A stretch of DNA of 64,000 nucleotides from an uncultured Gammaproteobacteria bacterium (GCA_964360785.1 CAYHXX010000003.1:22911-86910), one strand, 5' to 3'; shown: positions 47,844 through 58,517, numbered from the stretch's first letter. Translations and numbers: made by a program. The notes: generated from the letters alone by a model not told the origin.

Positions 47844-50402
47844 ATGTCCAGATACAATCCTAAAGAAATCGAATCCAGGTGGCAGAAGAAGTGGCAGACT
47901 GACAAGACATTGGTGCCTGATTTGCAGAATGCGAAAAAGCCGTTTTACAATCTGATGATGTTTCCTTACCCATCTGGAGAAGGATTACACGTTGGTCATG
48001 TCTACGCTTTTGGAGGTGCGGATACGTTTGGACACTTCAAAAAGATGCAAGGCTGGGACGTTTTTGAGCCAATGGGTTTTGATAGTTTTGGAATTCACTC
48101 GGAAAACTACGCTATTAAAATTGGCAAACACCCCAAGGACTTGATCGAGCAAACCACAAAATATTTCAAAGAAGAACAATTGCAAAAACTGGGGACGCTG
48201 TTTGATTGGGATCACGCGGTGACCACTTCTGATCCAGATTATTACCGTTGGACACAGTGGCTCTTTGTCCAACTTTTTAAATCTGGGCTGGCAGTACGCA
48301 AAAAAGCGCCAGTGGAGTGGTGTCCTTCTTGCAAAACTGTCCTCGCCAACGAGCAAGTTATCAACGGTCATTGTGAACGTTGTAATAGCGAAGTCGAGCA
48401 AAAAGAGCTCGAGCAGTGGTTTTTCAAGATCACTGAGTATGCCCAAAGACTGCTTAATAACCTTGAAAAGATTGATTGGTCAGAAACTACCAAGACCATG
48501 CAGCGAAACTGGATCGGCCGTTCCACTGGCTGCGAGATAGACTTTCCGATCAAAAATTCAAAAGAATCACTGCGGGTTTTTACAACCCGGCCGGACACAA
48601 TTTTTGGCGCTACCTTCATGGTAGTTGCCCCAGAGCATCCTTTGGTTAAGAACCTAGATTCGAAAGAGATTAAAGATTATGTTGAAGAAGCAAAGTCCAA
48701 GTCAGCTGTTGACCGAGAAAAAGAAAAATCAGGCATCTTCTCCGGGATTTATGTATTAAACCCGCTCACAAAAAAGGAAATCCCAGTCTGGATCGCTGAT
48801 TATGTATTGATGGGTTATGGTACGGGTGCAATTATGGCTGTACCAGCCCATGACCAGCGTGACTGGGAGCTTGCTAAAAAGTATGATCTACCGATTATTG
48901 AGGTTATTAGCGGCGGTGAGGTTAAAGAAAGAGCTTGGGATGGGGAAGGGAAACTACTTAACTCTGGAAAATTTAATGGACAAAGTGTTGAAGAGGCAAA
49001 GGAGAACATATCAAAACATATCGAAGAAAAACAACATGGATCAACTAAAGTAAATTTCCACTTGCGTGATTGGTTGATTTCTAGGCAACGTTACTGGGGT
49101 CCGCCGATACCAATGATCTATTGTGAAAACTGTGCCAAAGCAGGCAAGAGTTGGTTTAGTACAGCTGAAGCTGAAGAAAGATCGAGAGATCTAAGATCTA
49201 AGATCAAAGAGAAGCCGGGTTTAGAGTACAAAAATCTTACATCTGATATCTTACATCTTAAATCTGAAATGCCTGGCTGGTATCCAGTTGCCGAGGAGGA
49301 CTTACCGGTTGAATTGCCAGAGATTAACGACTACCAACCCAAAGGAACTGGTGTCAGTCCGCTAGAAAGTGTGCCAGGCTTTTTAAGCGTAAATTGTCCT
49401 GAGTGCGGGCAAAAAGCAAAAAGAGAAACCGATGTTTCTGACACTTTCTTGGACTCGTCTTGGTATTTCTTACGCTATCTTTCAGTAGGCGCTGAAACTT
49501 CAAAGATAAGACTTGGAGGTAAAGAAATTGAGCTTCCTTGGAGTACCGATTTGAACCAGAAATGGTTGCCAGTTGATAGCTATATCGGTGGGAATGAACA
49601 TGCAGTATTACATTTACTTTACACCAGATTTGTGACCATGGCCTTGCATGACATGGGTTTAATAGCATTCGAAGAACCATTTAAGAAATTCCGTGCCCAC
49701 GGTTTGATTATCTATCAAGGTGCGAAAATGAGTAAGTCTCGAGGAAACGTGGTGAATCCAAATGAGTACATGGAAGCTTATGGAGTTGATGCCTTGCGTA
49801 TTTACTTACTTTTCATCGGTCCTTATGAAATCGGAGGAGAGTTCAATGACCGGGCGATTACTGGGGTTAACCGTTTCCTTAATCGAATTCACACGTTAAT
49901 TTCAGAGTTTAAAGAAGGTAATAGCAAACCGAGCAATAATTTACTTCTTAAACTCAATAGTCTAAATGAAAAAGTCGCAGGCGATCTTGAAAATCTGAGA
50001 TTCAATACGGCCATTGCCGCGTTGATGGAGTACCTGAACGAACTTTACAAAGAACGCTCAAACCTGTCGCGGGAAATTCTCAAAACCTATTTGTTTCTGC
50101 TAGCTCCTTTAGCTCCTTTTTTATCAGAGGAATTGTGGGAGGTACTTGGTCAGGAGGGTTCAGTCCACAATCAGACTTGGCCAGAGATGATTACTGTCGA
50201 AAAACAAGAGGAAAACATAGCGATTGTAATTCAGGTGAACGGTGTCTTTCGTGACAAGATCGAGGTCAAGAAAGGTAGTTCTGAAGAGCAGGTGGTAGAG
50301 TTGTCCTTGAAGTCAGTAAAGATTAAAAACTACACTGAAGGTAAGAAAGTTGAAAAAACAATTTGGGTTCCAGAAAAGCTGCTTAACTTTGTGGTCAAAT
50401 AG
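47844..50402 (+). CDS. leuS: Leucine--tRNA ligase
   Basis: MFPYPSG.GLHVGH, FTTRPDT editing domain, DWLISRQRYWG, KMSKS; promoter TTGATT-17-TAGAAT at 47805-47833 supports ATG 47844. Confidence 0.97.
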   Translation: MSRYNPKEIESRWQKKWQTDKTLVPDLQNAKKPFYNLMMFPYPSGEGLHVGHVYAFGGADTFGHFKKMQGWDVFEPMGFDSFGIHSENYAIKIGKHPKDLIEQTTKYFKEEQLQKLGTLFDWDHAVTTSDPDYYRWTQWLFVQLFKSGLAVRKKAPVEWCPSCKTVLANEQVINGHCERCNSEVEQKELEQWFFKITEYAQRLLNNLEKIDWSETTKTMQRNWIGRSTGCEIDFPIKNSKESLRVFTTRPDTIFGATFMVVAPEHPLVKNLDSKEIKDYVEEAKSKSAVDREKEKSGIFSGIYVLNPLTKKEIPVWIADYVLMGYGTGAIMAVPAHDQRDWELAKKYDLPIIEVISGGEVKERAWDGEGKLLNSGKFNGQSVEEAKENISKHIEEKQHGSTKVNFHLRDWLISRQRYWGPPIPMIYCENCAKAGKSWFSTAEAEERSRDLRSKIKEKPGLEYKNLTSDILHLKSEMPGWYPVAEEDLPVELPEINDYQPKGTGVSPLESVPGFLSVNCPECGQKAKRETDVSDTFLDSSWYFLRYLSVGAETSKIRLGGKEIELPWSTDLNQKWLPVDSYIGGNEHAVLHLLYTRFVTMALHDMGLIAFEEPFKKFRAHGLIIYQGAKMSKSRGNVVNPNEYMEAYGVDALRIYLLFIGPYEIGGEFNDRAITGVNRFLNRIHTLISEFKEGNSKPSNNLLLKLNSLNEKVAGDLENLRFNTAIAALMEYLNELYKERSNLSREILKTYLFLLAPLAPFLSEELWEVLGQEGSVHNQTWPEMITVEKQEENIAIVIQVNGVFRDKIEVKKGSSEEQVVELSLKSVKIKNYTEGKKVEKTIWVPEKLLNFVVK
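49178..49267. repeat. Inverted heptamer arrays forming an in-frame insertion in leuS
   Basis: AAGATCT-like units at 49178-49207 and A(C/T/A)ATCT(T/G) units at 49232-49267. Confidence 0.65.
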
Positions 50403-50404
50403 CT

Positions 50405-50860
50405 ATGAGTAGTGTTGTCCGAGATGACAATTGGCTCCTTTCCCGATTAGATCATCTTTGGTCAAACCATTTTCCTGATGTAGATCAAAAGAATAAGGTT
50501 TTCATAAAGTTTGGTCGGGTAGCCAAGTATCGCTTTGGTTCAATCCGGTTGGATCCAAAGAAAGACGCTTCGTTAATTCTGATAAACGGTATGTTTAAAG
50601 ATGACAAGGTGCCTGCCGAAGTTGTTGATCATACTATTGCCCACGAGCTTGTACACTACACCCATGGTTTTTCGTCTCCTCACAAAAAACAGCACTCACA
50701 CCCACATAAAGGTGGTGTTATTGATAAGGAGATGTTGACACGAGGCTTGGCAGATTTAATAAAATCGTATAAATCCTGGCTCAAAGTTTATCGAAAGAAT
50801 CTTAAACCAGTCGTAAGGAAAAGAAGAGTCAGACGAATAATAAAAATCCGTTGGATTTAG
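50405..50860 (+). CDS. SprT-like HExxH zinc metalloprotein
   Basis: TIAHELVHY...HPHKGG; basic C-terminus. Confidence 0.6.
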   Translation: MSSVVRDDNWLLSRLDHLWSNHFPDVDQKNKVFIKFGRVAKYRFGSIRLDPKKDASLILINGMFKDDKVPAEVVDHTIAHELVHYTHGFSSPHKKQHSHPHKGGVIDKEMLTRGLADLIKSYKSWLKVYRKNLKPVVRKRRVRRIIKIRWI

Positions 50861-50861
50861 C

Positions 50862-50882
50862 CTGCAAGGCCCGTCCTTGCAG
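50862..50882. repeat. REP-like palindrome between convergent genes
   Basis: CTGCAAGGCCCGTCCTTGCAG. Confidence 0.85.
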
Positions 50883-50887
50883 AGCAA

Positions 50888-53800
50888 TTACTCTTGGTTG
50901 ACGATTAGCCAGTTGAACTCGACTTTTTTGCTGCTTATGTTTCCCGGGAAGCGTTTGATGCCGACGACAAAACTTTTTCCGGCTATTTTGGACTTAATGT
51001 AAAGCACACCGTCTGGTTCAGAATCTGGAGTCAGGTTAATTAATGAATCTTCCTTAACTTTATCACTTTGTATAAGCACCTCATTTTGATCTGCTACGAG
51101 CTCACCAGTCCCCGCGCTTTGAGAACCTTTTTTAACTGCAATCTCTCCAAAAACAAGCTTCTGGAAGCTGGCAAAAACCGCTGTCACTTTGCTAAATATT
51201 GCCTCGCCAGATTTAGAAATAAAGGCACTCAGATAACTTGTTTCTGAATCTAAGTTTTGGGTAGGTGCTTCTCTAAGATTTACGTAAAAACTGTTGTCAA
51301 CAAAGACCAAGATTTTCCCTATCCCTAAAGCGCTGTAAGAGCCCAAGGCCTTCCCAATAGTCGGTCCGGTAGATGTAGCTTTCATCGCTACTCCCGGGAT
51401 TGAAGAAGATGTCAAATAATCGCCAGGTTTAATTGGTCCTTTTTCAGTAGAAACCTTTACCGGTACACGTCCGATTAAGGCAATTGGTTTGGGATTATTC
51501 AGGTAAGGTTTAGCGGTTTCACCCAATATTTCTCCACTTGGGTTTGTGGACACTATTCCAAGTAATGTATTTTGGTAGGAAGTAGAGGATTTAACTACGT
51601 GGGCAATAGAAGTTTTACCACCGTAATAATGGGTCTCGTAAGCTTCACCGTCGAGTACAACGAGAGTGCCTTCGTCTGAATCATCATTAACACCGTAGTA
51701 CTCAGCTAAATCGGCTTGTGTTCCACCACAATCTCCAATTTGCTGAACCCCTGTCGCAGCATCAGCGCCGTTGTGGCAGAGGCGCTGGGCAGTACCACCG
51801 ACTTGAGCAGAAAGATTAATAGAGGTTGTAGTTGTATTTGATTGAATCAAAACCGTACCAGCCCCATCGTCAATTGTTGCTTGGGCTGCTGTAGCGCCGT
51901 TGCTTCGATAAAGCCTTAGGTTTTGGGTCGTGGTCGCGTCATTACCCCATTGGATTCCTCCTGAGACCGTCGTTGAAGAATGGGTTCCATCAAGGCAATC
52001 AAAACAAAGCCCAATGTTTTTTGTACCACCTGCAGTGATATTATCGATATGAACCCCGTATGCATTAGTGATAACATCAGCGGCACCTTTGGTTAAATCA
52101 GCAGCTAGGATTGCGACACCATCCTGAAGAGTGATCGCTCCGGCAGTCGAATCATCAACCTTTACTGTACCTGATATTCCGTATGCCGCACCTGTTGGGG
52201 AGTTGATGTTTACTGTTGGTAATGAGTAAATACCTACACAACCTCCGAAGGATACAATCGGACAGGTTGCAAAGCTGTTGTTGACATTACCAATGGCTTG
52301 GAAGACGCTTTGTCCAGCTGTGTAAATTAAAGTACCACTACCGGCAGCGGCGTTGCCAATAAGTTTTATAAAGCCATTCGTGTCGTTTTCCACCTTTTCC
52401 CCATTGGTAAAAGTAATGTCCCCACCAGCGCCAGTGAAGGTGAGACCGGTAGTTCCACCAACGACAAAGTTATCATCGGTCTTCAGGGTATCGGCAGCAG
52501 ATCGGTAAAGGTTAGCATCGCCCCCAAGAGTTAAGGTAGCAGCTAAATTTAAACCACCACCAGCAGTAAAATCTGTTCCAGCGTTTCCAATATTCAAAGC
52601 GAGGTTAGTATTAAAATCAACATTTCCAGCCATAGTTCCACCTGACAAAAGTAAGTAGTTGGAGACGGTTATTGTGTTTGGTATATCTGCATCCAGTAAT
52701 CCAGTTACTCCAGCTACGGTTACACTTCCAATAAGCGTACCACCACCGAGTGGGAGATAGTTGGAAGCTGTAATGTTGTCAGCGACATTAGCATCGCCCA
52801 AACTTCCAGTAATCGAACTAAATAACCCAAGAGCTAAAATCACACTACCATTCCCAAGTGTTCCCGAATTTATCGCGGTTGCATCAATACTGCTTGTACT
52901 GGCAATTGTAATTGTGTTGGGAATGTCCCCATCTGCTAAACCGGTAACACCAGCTACAGTCAGAGACCCGCTTAAAATACCACCGGATAACGGTAGATAA
53001 TTTGAGGCAGTAATGGTATCGGCAATGTTGGCATCCCCAAGAATTCCAGTGATTGATCCAAAAATTCCTAATGCCAGAGTGACCCCACCGTTTCCTAAAG
53101 TCCCAGAAGTAATGTTAGTCGCATCTATACTGGTTAAGTTAATCCCTGAAAGAGCAGGTAGCTGAGCTGATCCATTAAGTTGAACTAGTTGGTTTGCACC
53201 ATTAAATACATTTCCCTGTTGAGTAACTGAGGTATCAATATTCAAAGTAACCAAACCAGAAGATCCGCCGCCAGAAAGTCCAGTACCGGCGACAACTGCG
53301 GTGATTGTTCCACTGCCCGAACTTGAAGCAGTTGCGGAGATTGTGATTGCATTGGTCAGCGTGTTCTTCTTGAGGATAATATTACTTCCGGCAATTAGGT
53401 CAATTGAGCCGGCTAAGTCGGGTTTATCCTTAATATACTCCCAGCCAATCTCTGCCTTTATCTCACCCGGAATTTCTAAATTACCATCGTTGTTTAGAGT
53501 AACAAAACTGTTCTCCTTATTATTAATTTGATACCCATTGATAGACTTTGTTGTAATCGAATCAACATCAATTTTATTGGTAAAAGTTAATTTGTCCCCG
53601 TCTTTTTGGATATAGTCAGAGATGTTAGTTAGTCCGAGTGGATCAAGAGCGTCGCTTGTTTTAATCACCTTAAGTATTCCCAGGTTAAGGTATGAGAGTG
53701 GGGAGACAATTGCTTTCGCAACTCTCACAAAACCATTCTCATTTTTTGTACTTGTTCCGAGGACTTTTTGATTAGTTTGAACTTGATTAGCAAAAAGAGA

Positions 53801-54199
53801 AGTTAGTAACAGAATTGCTACCAAGACAGTTAAACCAATCACAACTCTCGGTATAAAGTTTGATTTCTGTTCTGGGATTAGAGTAATTTCTCCCTCTGTA
53901 TTTTGTGCTCGTTTAACTTTGATTTTAGGCTGGTTTTGTAACAACACTTTTTGCTCAGCGATGCTTTTGCCCTTGGCACGTTTCTTCTCGATAGCAACTA
54001 TCTGCTCGACAACTTCGAGTTTAAAAGCTGCGCTTGGAGGTTCATTGTTGAAAGACTTACGCTTAGCGTGGGGAAGTAGGCCGAACTTAATATAGTAGCG
54101 GATTCGGTTTTCTGGGTTCGAATCGCCAAAATTAACACCCCTGGCTTGGGCCAATTTTATTATTTTTGATATCGGATAAAGATCGTTGTTAGTTCTCAT
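50888..54199 (-). CDS. 1103-aa membrane-anchored fibre-like protein with MerR-like N-terminus
   Basis: IIKLAQARGVNFG.SNPENRIRYYIKFGLLPHAKRKSF; TM ~aa 119-137; SNYLPLxGG repeats; ADLAEYY...GDYLTSS; ends FNWLIVNQE. Confidence 0.85.
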   Translation of the reverse strand: MRTNNDLYPISKIIKLAQARGVNFGDSNPENRIRYYIKFGLLPHAKRKSFNNEPPSAAFKLEVVEQIVAIEKKRAKGKSIAEQKVLLQNQPKIKVKRAQNTEGEITLIPEQKSNFIPRVVIGLTVLVAILLLTSLFANQVQTNQKVLGTSTKNENGFVRVAKAIVSPLSYLNLGILKVIKTSDALDPLGLTNISDYIQKDGDKLTFTNKIDVDSITTKSINGYQINNKENSFVTLNNDGNLEIPGEIKAEIGWEYIKDKPDLAGSIDLIAGSNIILKKNTLTNAITISATASSSGSGTITAVVAGTGLSGGGSSGLVTLNIDTSVTQQGNVFNGANQLVQLNGSAQLPALSGINLTSIDATNITSGTLGNGGVTLALGIFGSITGILGDANIADTITASNYLPLSGGILSGSLTVAGVTGLADGDIPNTITIASTSSIDATAINSGTLGNGSVILALGLFSSITGSLGDANVADNITASNYLPLGGGTLIGSVTVAGVTGLLDADIPNTITVSNYLLLSGGTMAGNVDFNTNLALNIGNAGTDFTAGGGLNLAATLTLGGDANLYRSAADTLKTDDNFVVGGTTGLTFTGAGGDITFTNGEKVENDTNGFIKLIGNAAAGSGTLIYTAGQSVFQAIGNVNNSFATCPIVSFGGCVGIYSLPTVNINSPTGAAYGISGTVKVDDSTAGAITLQDGVAILAADLTKGAADVITNAYGVHIDNITAGGTKNIGLCFDCLDGTHSSTTVSGGIQWGNDATTTQNLRLYRSNGATAAQATIDDGAGTVLIQSNTTTTSINLSAQVGGTAQRLCHNGADAATGVQQIGDCGGTQADLAEYYGVNDDSDEGTLVVLDGEAYETHYYGGKTSIAHVVKSSTSYQNTLLGIVSTNPSGEILGETAKPYLNNPKPIALIGRVPVKVSTEKGPIKPGDYLTSSSIPGVAMKATSTGPTIGKALGSYSALGIGKILVFVDNSFYVNLREAPTQNLDSETSYLSAFISKSGEAIFSKVTAVFASFQKLVFGEIAVKKGSQSAGTGELVADQNEVLIQSDKVKEDSLINLTPDSEPDGVLYIKSKIAGKSFVVGIKRFPGNISSKKVEFNWLIVNQE

Positions 54200-54248
54200 T
54201 GGGCAGAATTTGAACTAAAGGTTATTTTTGAAGAACTTAATTACTCTT

Positions 54249-54278
54249 ATTTTATCTCGCGACAAGTAGACTAGTCAA
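54249..54278 (-). promoter_or_regulatory. sigma70-like promoter of the 1103-aa gene
   Basis: Minus strand TTGACT-18 nt-TAAAAT. Confidence 0.5.
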
Positions 54279-54479
54279 ATAATAATGAATGTCCATTTGA
54301 GCCTGCTGCGAGAAAAATTGAAGGTAGCCTGAAGATTAATAAAGATCAAATTAAGCATAAATTTAGCCTTGTTTTCGATTTTTAAAAACAGATTTCCACT
54401 GCAAGTTTAAAATAACTTTACCACTTGATTTAGTATTACCAAAAAGTGTTATCATTTAGTTAGCTTGGAGTAGTAAACG

Positions 54480-54854
54480 ATGAAAGTAAAACTAGACCTA
54501 GATAATCGAAGGGAAATATTAAGAAGAATCGAGGAAGGCGAGTCAATTTACTCTTTAGCCAAGGAGTACAAAGTTTCACGGGTTTTAATTTACCGGCTAA
54601 GGAAAAAAGCAAGGGTCTCGCTGAACTTAATTGCTCCAGGAGCAAGGAAACCGCGCAAACAGAAAATTCCGATTGAAGTTGAAGCAGCAATAATCAACCT
54701 AATTCTTAGTTACCCAGAGCTTTCAAGCCATAAGATAGCTCAGCTGATCAAAGGAAATCTGCCTCTAGGAGCTCATGGAGTCTACAATTTGATGAAGCGG
54801 TACAAGTTAAATAGATACGACGCACGGGCAAAAGCGGCAGAGAAGTTGTTTTGA
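54480..54854 (+). CDS. Small HTH protein resembling an IS-type transposase N-terminus, no catalytic domain
   Basis: RREILRRIEEGESIYSLAKEYKVSRVLIYRL...PELSSHKIAQ...GAHGVYNLMKR. Confidence 0.6.
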   Translation: MKVKLDLDNRREILRRIEEGESIYSLAKEYKVSRVLIYRLRKKARVSLNLIAPGARKPRKQKIPIEVEAAIINLILSYPELSSHKIAQLIKGNLPLGAHGVYNLMKRYKLNRYDARAKAAEKLF

Positions 54855-54864
54855 AACAGGACAA

Positions 54865-57819
54865 TTAATTGACAATAAACCAGTCGAAGCTAATATCGTG
54901 AGTAGTTGGTTGCTCAACCTCAACCATAAAGTAGTTACCTGCTTGTTTTTCCGTAACTACCAGAGTTTGCCCTGAGGTGAAGTTTAGCGCAGTGACAAAA
55001 ACCCGCGAAGTACTTTTCACCAAGTTACTTGGAACAATCACTTTTGTTGTTCCGGAGACAATTTTAGCTGTCCCCACAGAGCCCCCAGAAGCGTCTACGG
55101 AAAGTTCAGTGATCTTTAGTTTTGTTGTCTCTACACTTTGGGCAAAGAGGGTCTTAGAAATTGTTAAGTTGCCTTCTAAGTTTATATCTCCAATAATTTC
55201 AATCTTTCCCGAGGCGCCCAATTTGATTTGATTCTTGCCAAGCACTATCTCTGTAGCAGAGATTGAAGAGTTAGTGGTTCCGGAGATTGGCTTAGTGTAG
55301 TAACTTGAATTCACCAGGACCAAGACTTTTCCAACCCCAGTTTGGTTGAAACTTTGCAAAGACTTACCGATAACCGGACCGCTCTCGGTTGCTTTCATCG
55401 CAACCCCAGGGGTTGAAGAGGATGTTAAATAGTCACCAACTTCAACCGGTCCGTTTTCAGTCGAGACTTTGGTTGGGACCCGTCCGGTGAGTGCCAGTTT
55501 CGCGATGTGTTGCGGGTTGCCGAGAGCGTCGGGGTTATCAATAAAAGTTGGGTCAGTACTTTCAATTCCGATTAAAGTTTTTTGGTAAGGTAAGCTAGAT
55601 TTTTTAACCTTTAAATCAGTGGCCGTAGTATCAATTGCCAAGACATCACCAGCCTCTAACTTCTCACTAGCCACTGCTCGTTCGGCAATATCAAAAGTTC
55701 CAGTGCGGTTCCAGTAGCTACAAGTCCCACCGGTTCCTTTCCAATAAATCCGATTATTTGTTGAATCATAACCAAAATCACCGTTGGTTAAAGAAGCACA
55801 ACTGGGAGCGGCTTGAGCAGTATTCAGGTTAAATCCAACTGCAGAGGTAGAAGCAGTTGAAGCGCTAAGTTTTGCACCAAAATTGGAAGCAGCGTTGAAA
55901 ATGTTAGTACCAGTTGTTCCTGATTGATAAATCGGGTAGATATTAGTCCCAACTGTAATGTCTTGTATTTCAATTCCATAGCTATTGGCAGGAGTCCCTC
56001 CAAGGATAGAGGGTGAAACAATCGATACTCCGACAAGAGTAGCGACTGAACCAGATCCAGCCCCAGTATTTACAGTTGCTTGTATTGCGGCTAGAGTTGT
56101 TGCACCCCCACTTCCGGAGTAGGTTGAGATCGAATCAAGTCCAATCAAACTAATACTTGTATCTGCACCACTGTAGATAGGTAAAGTACGAATCCCAAAA
56201 GTTAATGGGTTGCCAACTCCGTTGAAACTACTGGTTGGTGCTACTAATAAACCAGAATAGATGACATCTGCGGATTGAGATTCGGAGAAGTACGCAATCG
56301 CCGATGAAGTAATTGCAGCAGTACTACCAAAAGCGCCATGACCGTTGGCATCGAGATCCGTTGCTAGATTTAAACCACCACCGGCAGTAAAATCTGTACC
56401 GGCGTTGCCGATATTGATAGCTAGATTGTTATTGAAGTTAGCATTTCCAGCCATAGTTCCACCAGTTAATGGCAGATAGTTTGACGCTGTTATTGTGTCA
56501 GCCACGTTTCCATCGGTCAGACTTCCGGTTATGGAACCAAAACTCCCCAACGCTAAAGTAACCGATCCGTTACCCAAGGTTCCGGAATTAAGAGCAGTGG
56601 CCGAAACACTACTGGTATTGGCAATTGTAATTGAGTCTGAAACCGCACCATCGCCAACACAACTAGTACAAGTAAAAGTTCCAAGCACACTCAGGGTAGT
56701 TCCGGCATCTAAAGTTAAAGTTCCGGAGGTAAAATTGTCCGTAGTATCAGAACGTAAGAATTGAGCTGAATCGATTGAATCAAGCAAATCAGCGTTAACC
56801 CCAGAACCAGCTAAATTGAAAGTAATCGAATTAGTTGAATCGTTGGAAGTGATCGTAACTCCAGCTCCGGCGATAAAATCAATATCGCCAGCATTATTTT
56901 TTATCCCATCAATACTTGAAATTGCTTCATTGGCAAGAGAAAGAGCAAAAGCATTGCCGATTCTTGTGATATTTACCCCATTTCCTGTAAGGCTCAAGCC
57001 TGCAAGACCAGTACTCACTGAAGTATCGGCAATGTCTTTTATAGTCTCAGCTGTCCAATAAAGATCAGCACTACAGCTTAATAATTGGGCAATATCAAGA
57101 GTCAGAACACAAGCTTCGGTTGCTCCGGAGAGATTGGGAAAGGTAATTTCTTTACTCAAAATCTTTTTTACATCAATACTCTCGACGGTTAAACTATCAT
57201 TGGTGATTAGGGAATTCTCCAAGGAAATAGGAGCTGAAGGGTCAGAGATTATAGTTTTTTGAATAGTAACTTCTTGTTTTTCGTTAATGGTGATGACTTT
57301 GCCGACATTGGTCAAACCCAGAGGATCAGTCGAGCTAGCATTTTCATCCTTAGCCTCTCGGATCAGGGCAGCTAATACATTACCAACAGGTTTTGCCACG
57401 ACATTATTGGTCACAGAATTGTTGAAAGTTATTGTTAGGGTAATAGCACCGAGGAAAATTAGGAAAAAAAGTCCCGATAGCATCAAAAGCGATTTGCTGG
57501 CTTTTTGGTAGGTGTCAACTAAGCTACGTAGATCAGTTGGTTTTCTGAGAAATTCTTGACGCTGTTCTTCAATAACCTGTTTGATTTGGGAGAGGCTCTT
57601 GCCTTCTTTAAGCATTTTGTCGATCGAAACGATACGATCAACTGCTGTAGCTGGAAAATCGCCATTGAGAAGTTTTGGTACAAGACCATTCTGAACATAG
57701 GTCTCGATTGTTTGTTGGTGGTTGTCACCGAGGTTTACATCATGGTCAAGGCAGCGGCCAATAAGTTGTTCGATATTTATGAGCTGATCTCGTTGAAACG
57801 GGTTTTCGTCAAGAAACAT
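54865..57819 (-). CDS. 984-aa membrane-anchored fibre-like protein with degenerate MerR-like N-terminus
   Basis: INIEQLI...VNLG...TIETYVQNGLVP...AVDRIVSIDKMLKEGKSLSQIK; TM ~aa 111-132; ADLLDSIDSAQFLRSD; FDIAE...GDYLTSS; ends FDWFIVN. Confidence 0.85.
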   Translation of the reverse strand: MFLDENPFQRDQLINIEQLIGRCLDHDVNLGDNHQQTIETYVQNGLVPKLLNGDFPATAVDRIVSIDKMLKEGKSLSQIKQVIEEQRQEFLRKPTDLRSLVDTYQKASKSLLMLSGLFFLIFLGAITLTITFNNSVTNNVVAKPVGNVLAALIREAKDENASSTDPLGLTNVGKVITINEKQEVTIQKTIISDPSAPISLENSLITNDSLTVESIDVKKILSKEITFPNLSGATEACVLTLDIAQLLSCSADLYWTAETIKDIADTSVSTGLAGLSLTGNGVNITRIGNAFALSLANEAISSIDGIKNNAGDIDFIAGAGVTITSNDSTNSITFNLAGSGVNADLLDSIDSAQFLRSDTTDNFTSGTLTLDAGTTLSVLGTFTCTSCVGDGAVSDSITIANTSSVSATALNSGTLGNGSVTLALGSFGSITGSLTDGNVADTITASNYLPLTGGTMAGNANFNNNLAINIGNAGTDFTAGGGLNLATDLDANGHGAFGSTAAITSSAIAYFSESQSADVIYSGLLVAPTSSFNGVGNPLTFGIRTLPIYSGADTSISLIGLDSISTYSGSGGATTLAAIQATVNTGAGSGSVATLVGVSIVSPSILGGTPANSYGIEIQDITVGTNIYPIYQSGTTGTNIFNAASNFGAKLSASTASTSAVGFNLNTAQAAPSCASLTNGDFGYDSTNNRIYWKGTGGTCSYWNRTGTFDIAERAVASEKLEAGDVLAIDTTATDLKVKKSSLPYQKTLIGIESTDPTFIDNPDALGNPQHIAKLALTGRVPTKVSTENGPVEVGDYLTSSSTPGVAMKATESGPVIGKSLQSFNQTGVGKVLVLVNSSYYTKPISGTTNSSISATEIVLGKNQIKLGASGKIEIIGDINLEGNLTISKTLFAQSVETTKLKITELSVDASGGSVGTAKIVSGTTKVIVPSNLVKSTSRVFVTALNFTSGQTLVVTEKQAGNYFMVEVEQPTTHDISFDWFIVN

Positions 57820-57911
57820 AGGCAGGGTATAGAAACATTATAGGGAACTACTAAATAGATGTCTAATCTAGCTTGAATTTTTTGACTTCCGCTAGCATAA
57901 TTTTCTTAAAG

Positions 57912-58517
57912 ATGGAGCAGAACACAACGTGGTCCAAATTCTTTGAGGTAGCAGATAAATTTAAAATTCCATTAATATTGGCTTTTGCTGGGTTACTTTT
58001 GATTGGTTTGGGTCTATTGCTACCAAAACTAAATCAAGGAAAGAAGGATATTGTTGTCGAAACTGCTAATTCAGAAACAAGCATAAAAGAAAGTACAAAA
58101 CTAAAAGTTGATATTGCCGGAGCAGTTCCGCAGCCAGGAGTTTATGAAATTAGTTCCGAAGCAAGGTTGGAAGACGCGATAAAGCTGGCTGGCGGTTTCT
58201 CGGAAATAGCAGATTCTGTTTGGATTGCGAAGAACATAAACCTAGCAAGCAAGTTAGTCGATGGCCAAAAGATTTACATTCAAGCCAAAGGCGAAAGCGA
58301 AGTTGGTGGTCTGTCCCTTGGAGCAAAAACATCCGACAAAATTAATGTCAACTTTGCTTCGGCAAAAGAGCTCGATACTTTGCCCGGTATAGGGGAAGTG
58401 ACCGCTGCAAAAATTATTGCTGCAAGGCCCTACAACAGTGTGGGCGAGCTATTAACTAAGAAAGCAGTCGGTAAGGCAACCTTCGAAAAGATTAAGGATC
58501 TGGTCAGTGTTAACTAA
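57912..58517 (+). CDS. comEA: Competence DNA receptor ComEA
   Basis: TM, SLBB (VDIAGAV..PGVY...LAGG...INLA..LVDGQKIYI), HhH (INVN.AS..ELDTLPGIG..TA.KI). Confidence 0.9.
   Translation: MEQNTTWSKFFEVADKFKIPLILAFAGLLLIGLGLLLPKLNQGKKDIVVETANSETSIKESTKLKVDIAGAVPQPGVYEISSEARLEDAIKLAGGFSEIADSVWIAKNINLASKLVDGQKIYIQAKGESEVGGLSLGAKTSDKINVNFASAKELDTLPGIGEVTAAKIIAARPYNSVGELLTKKAVGKATFEKIKDLVSVN

Noticed and set aside
38907-52510. Diversity-generating retroelement TR/VR pair
   Set aside because: Both copies are coding, the differences I inspected are not adenine-restricted, and there is no reverse transcriptase in the window.
58420-58430. CTGCAAGGCCC in comEA and CAAGGCCCG at ~14605 as REP copies
   Set aside because: Only the left half is present, with no CCTTG arm.
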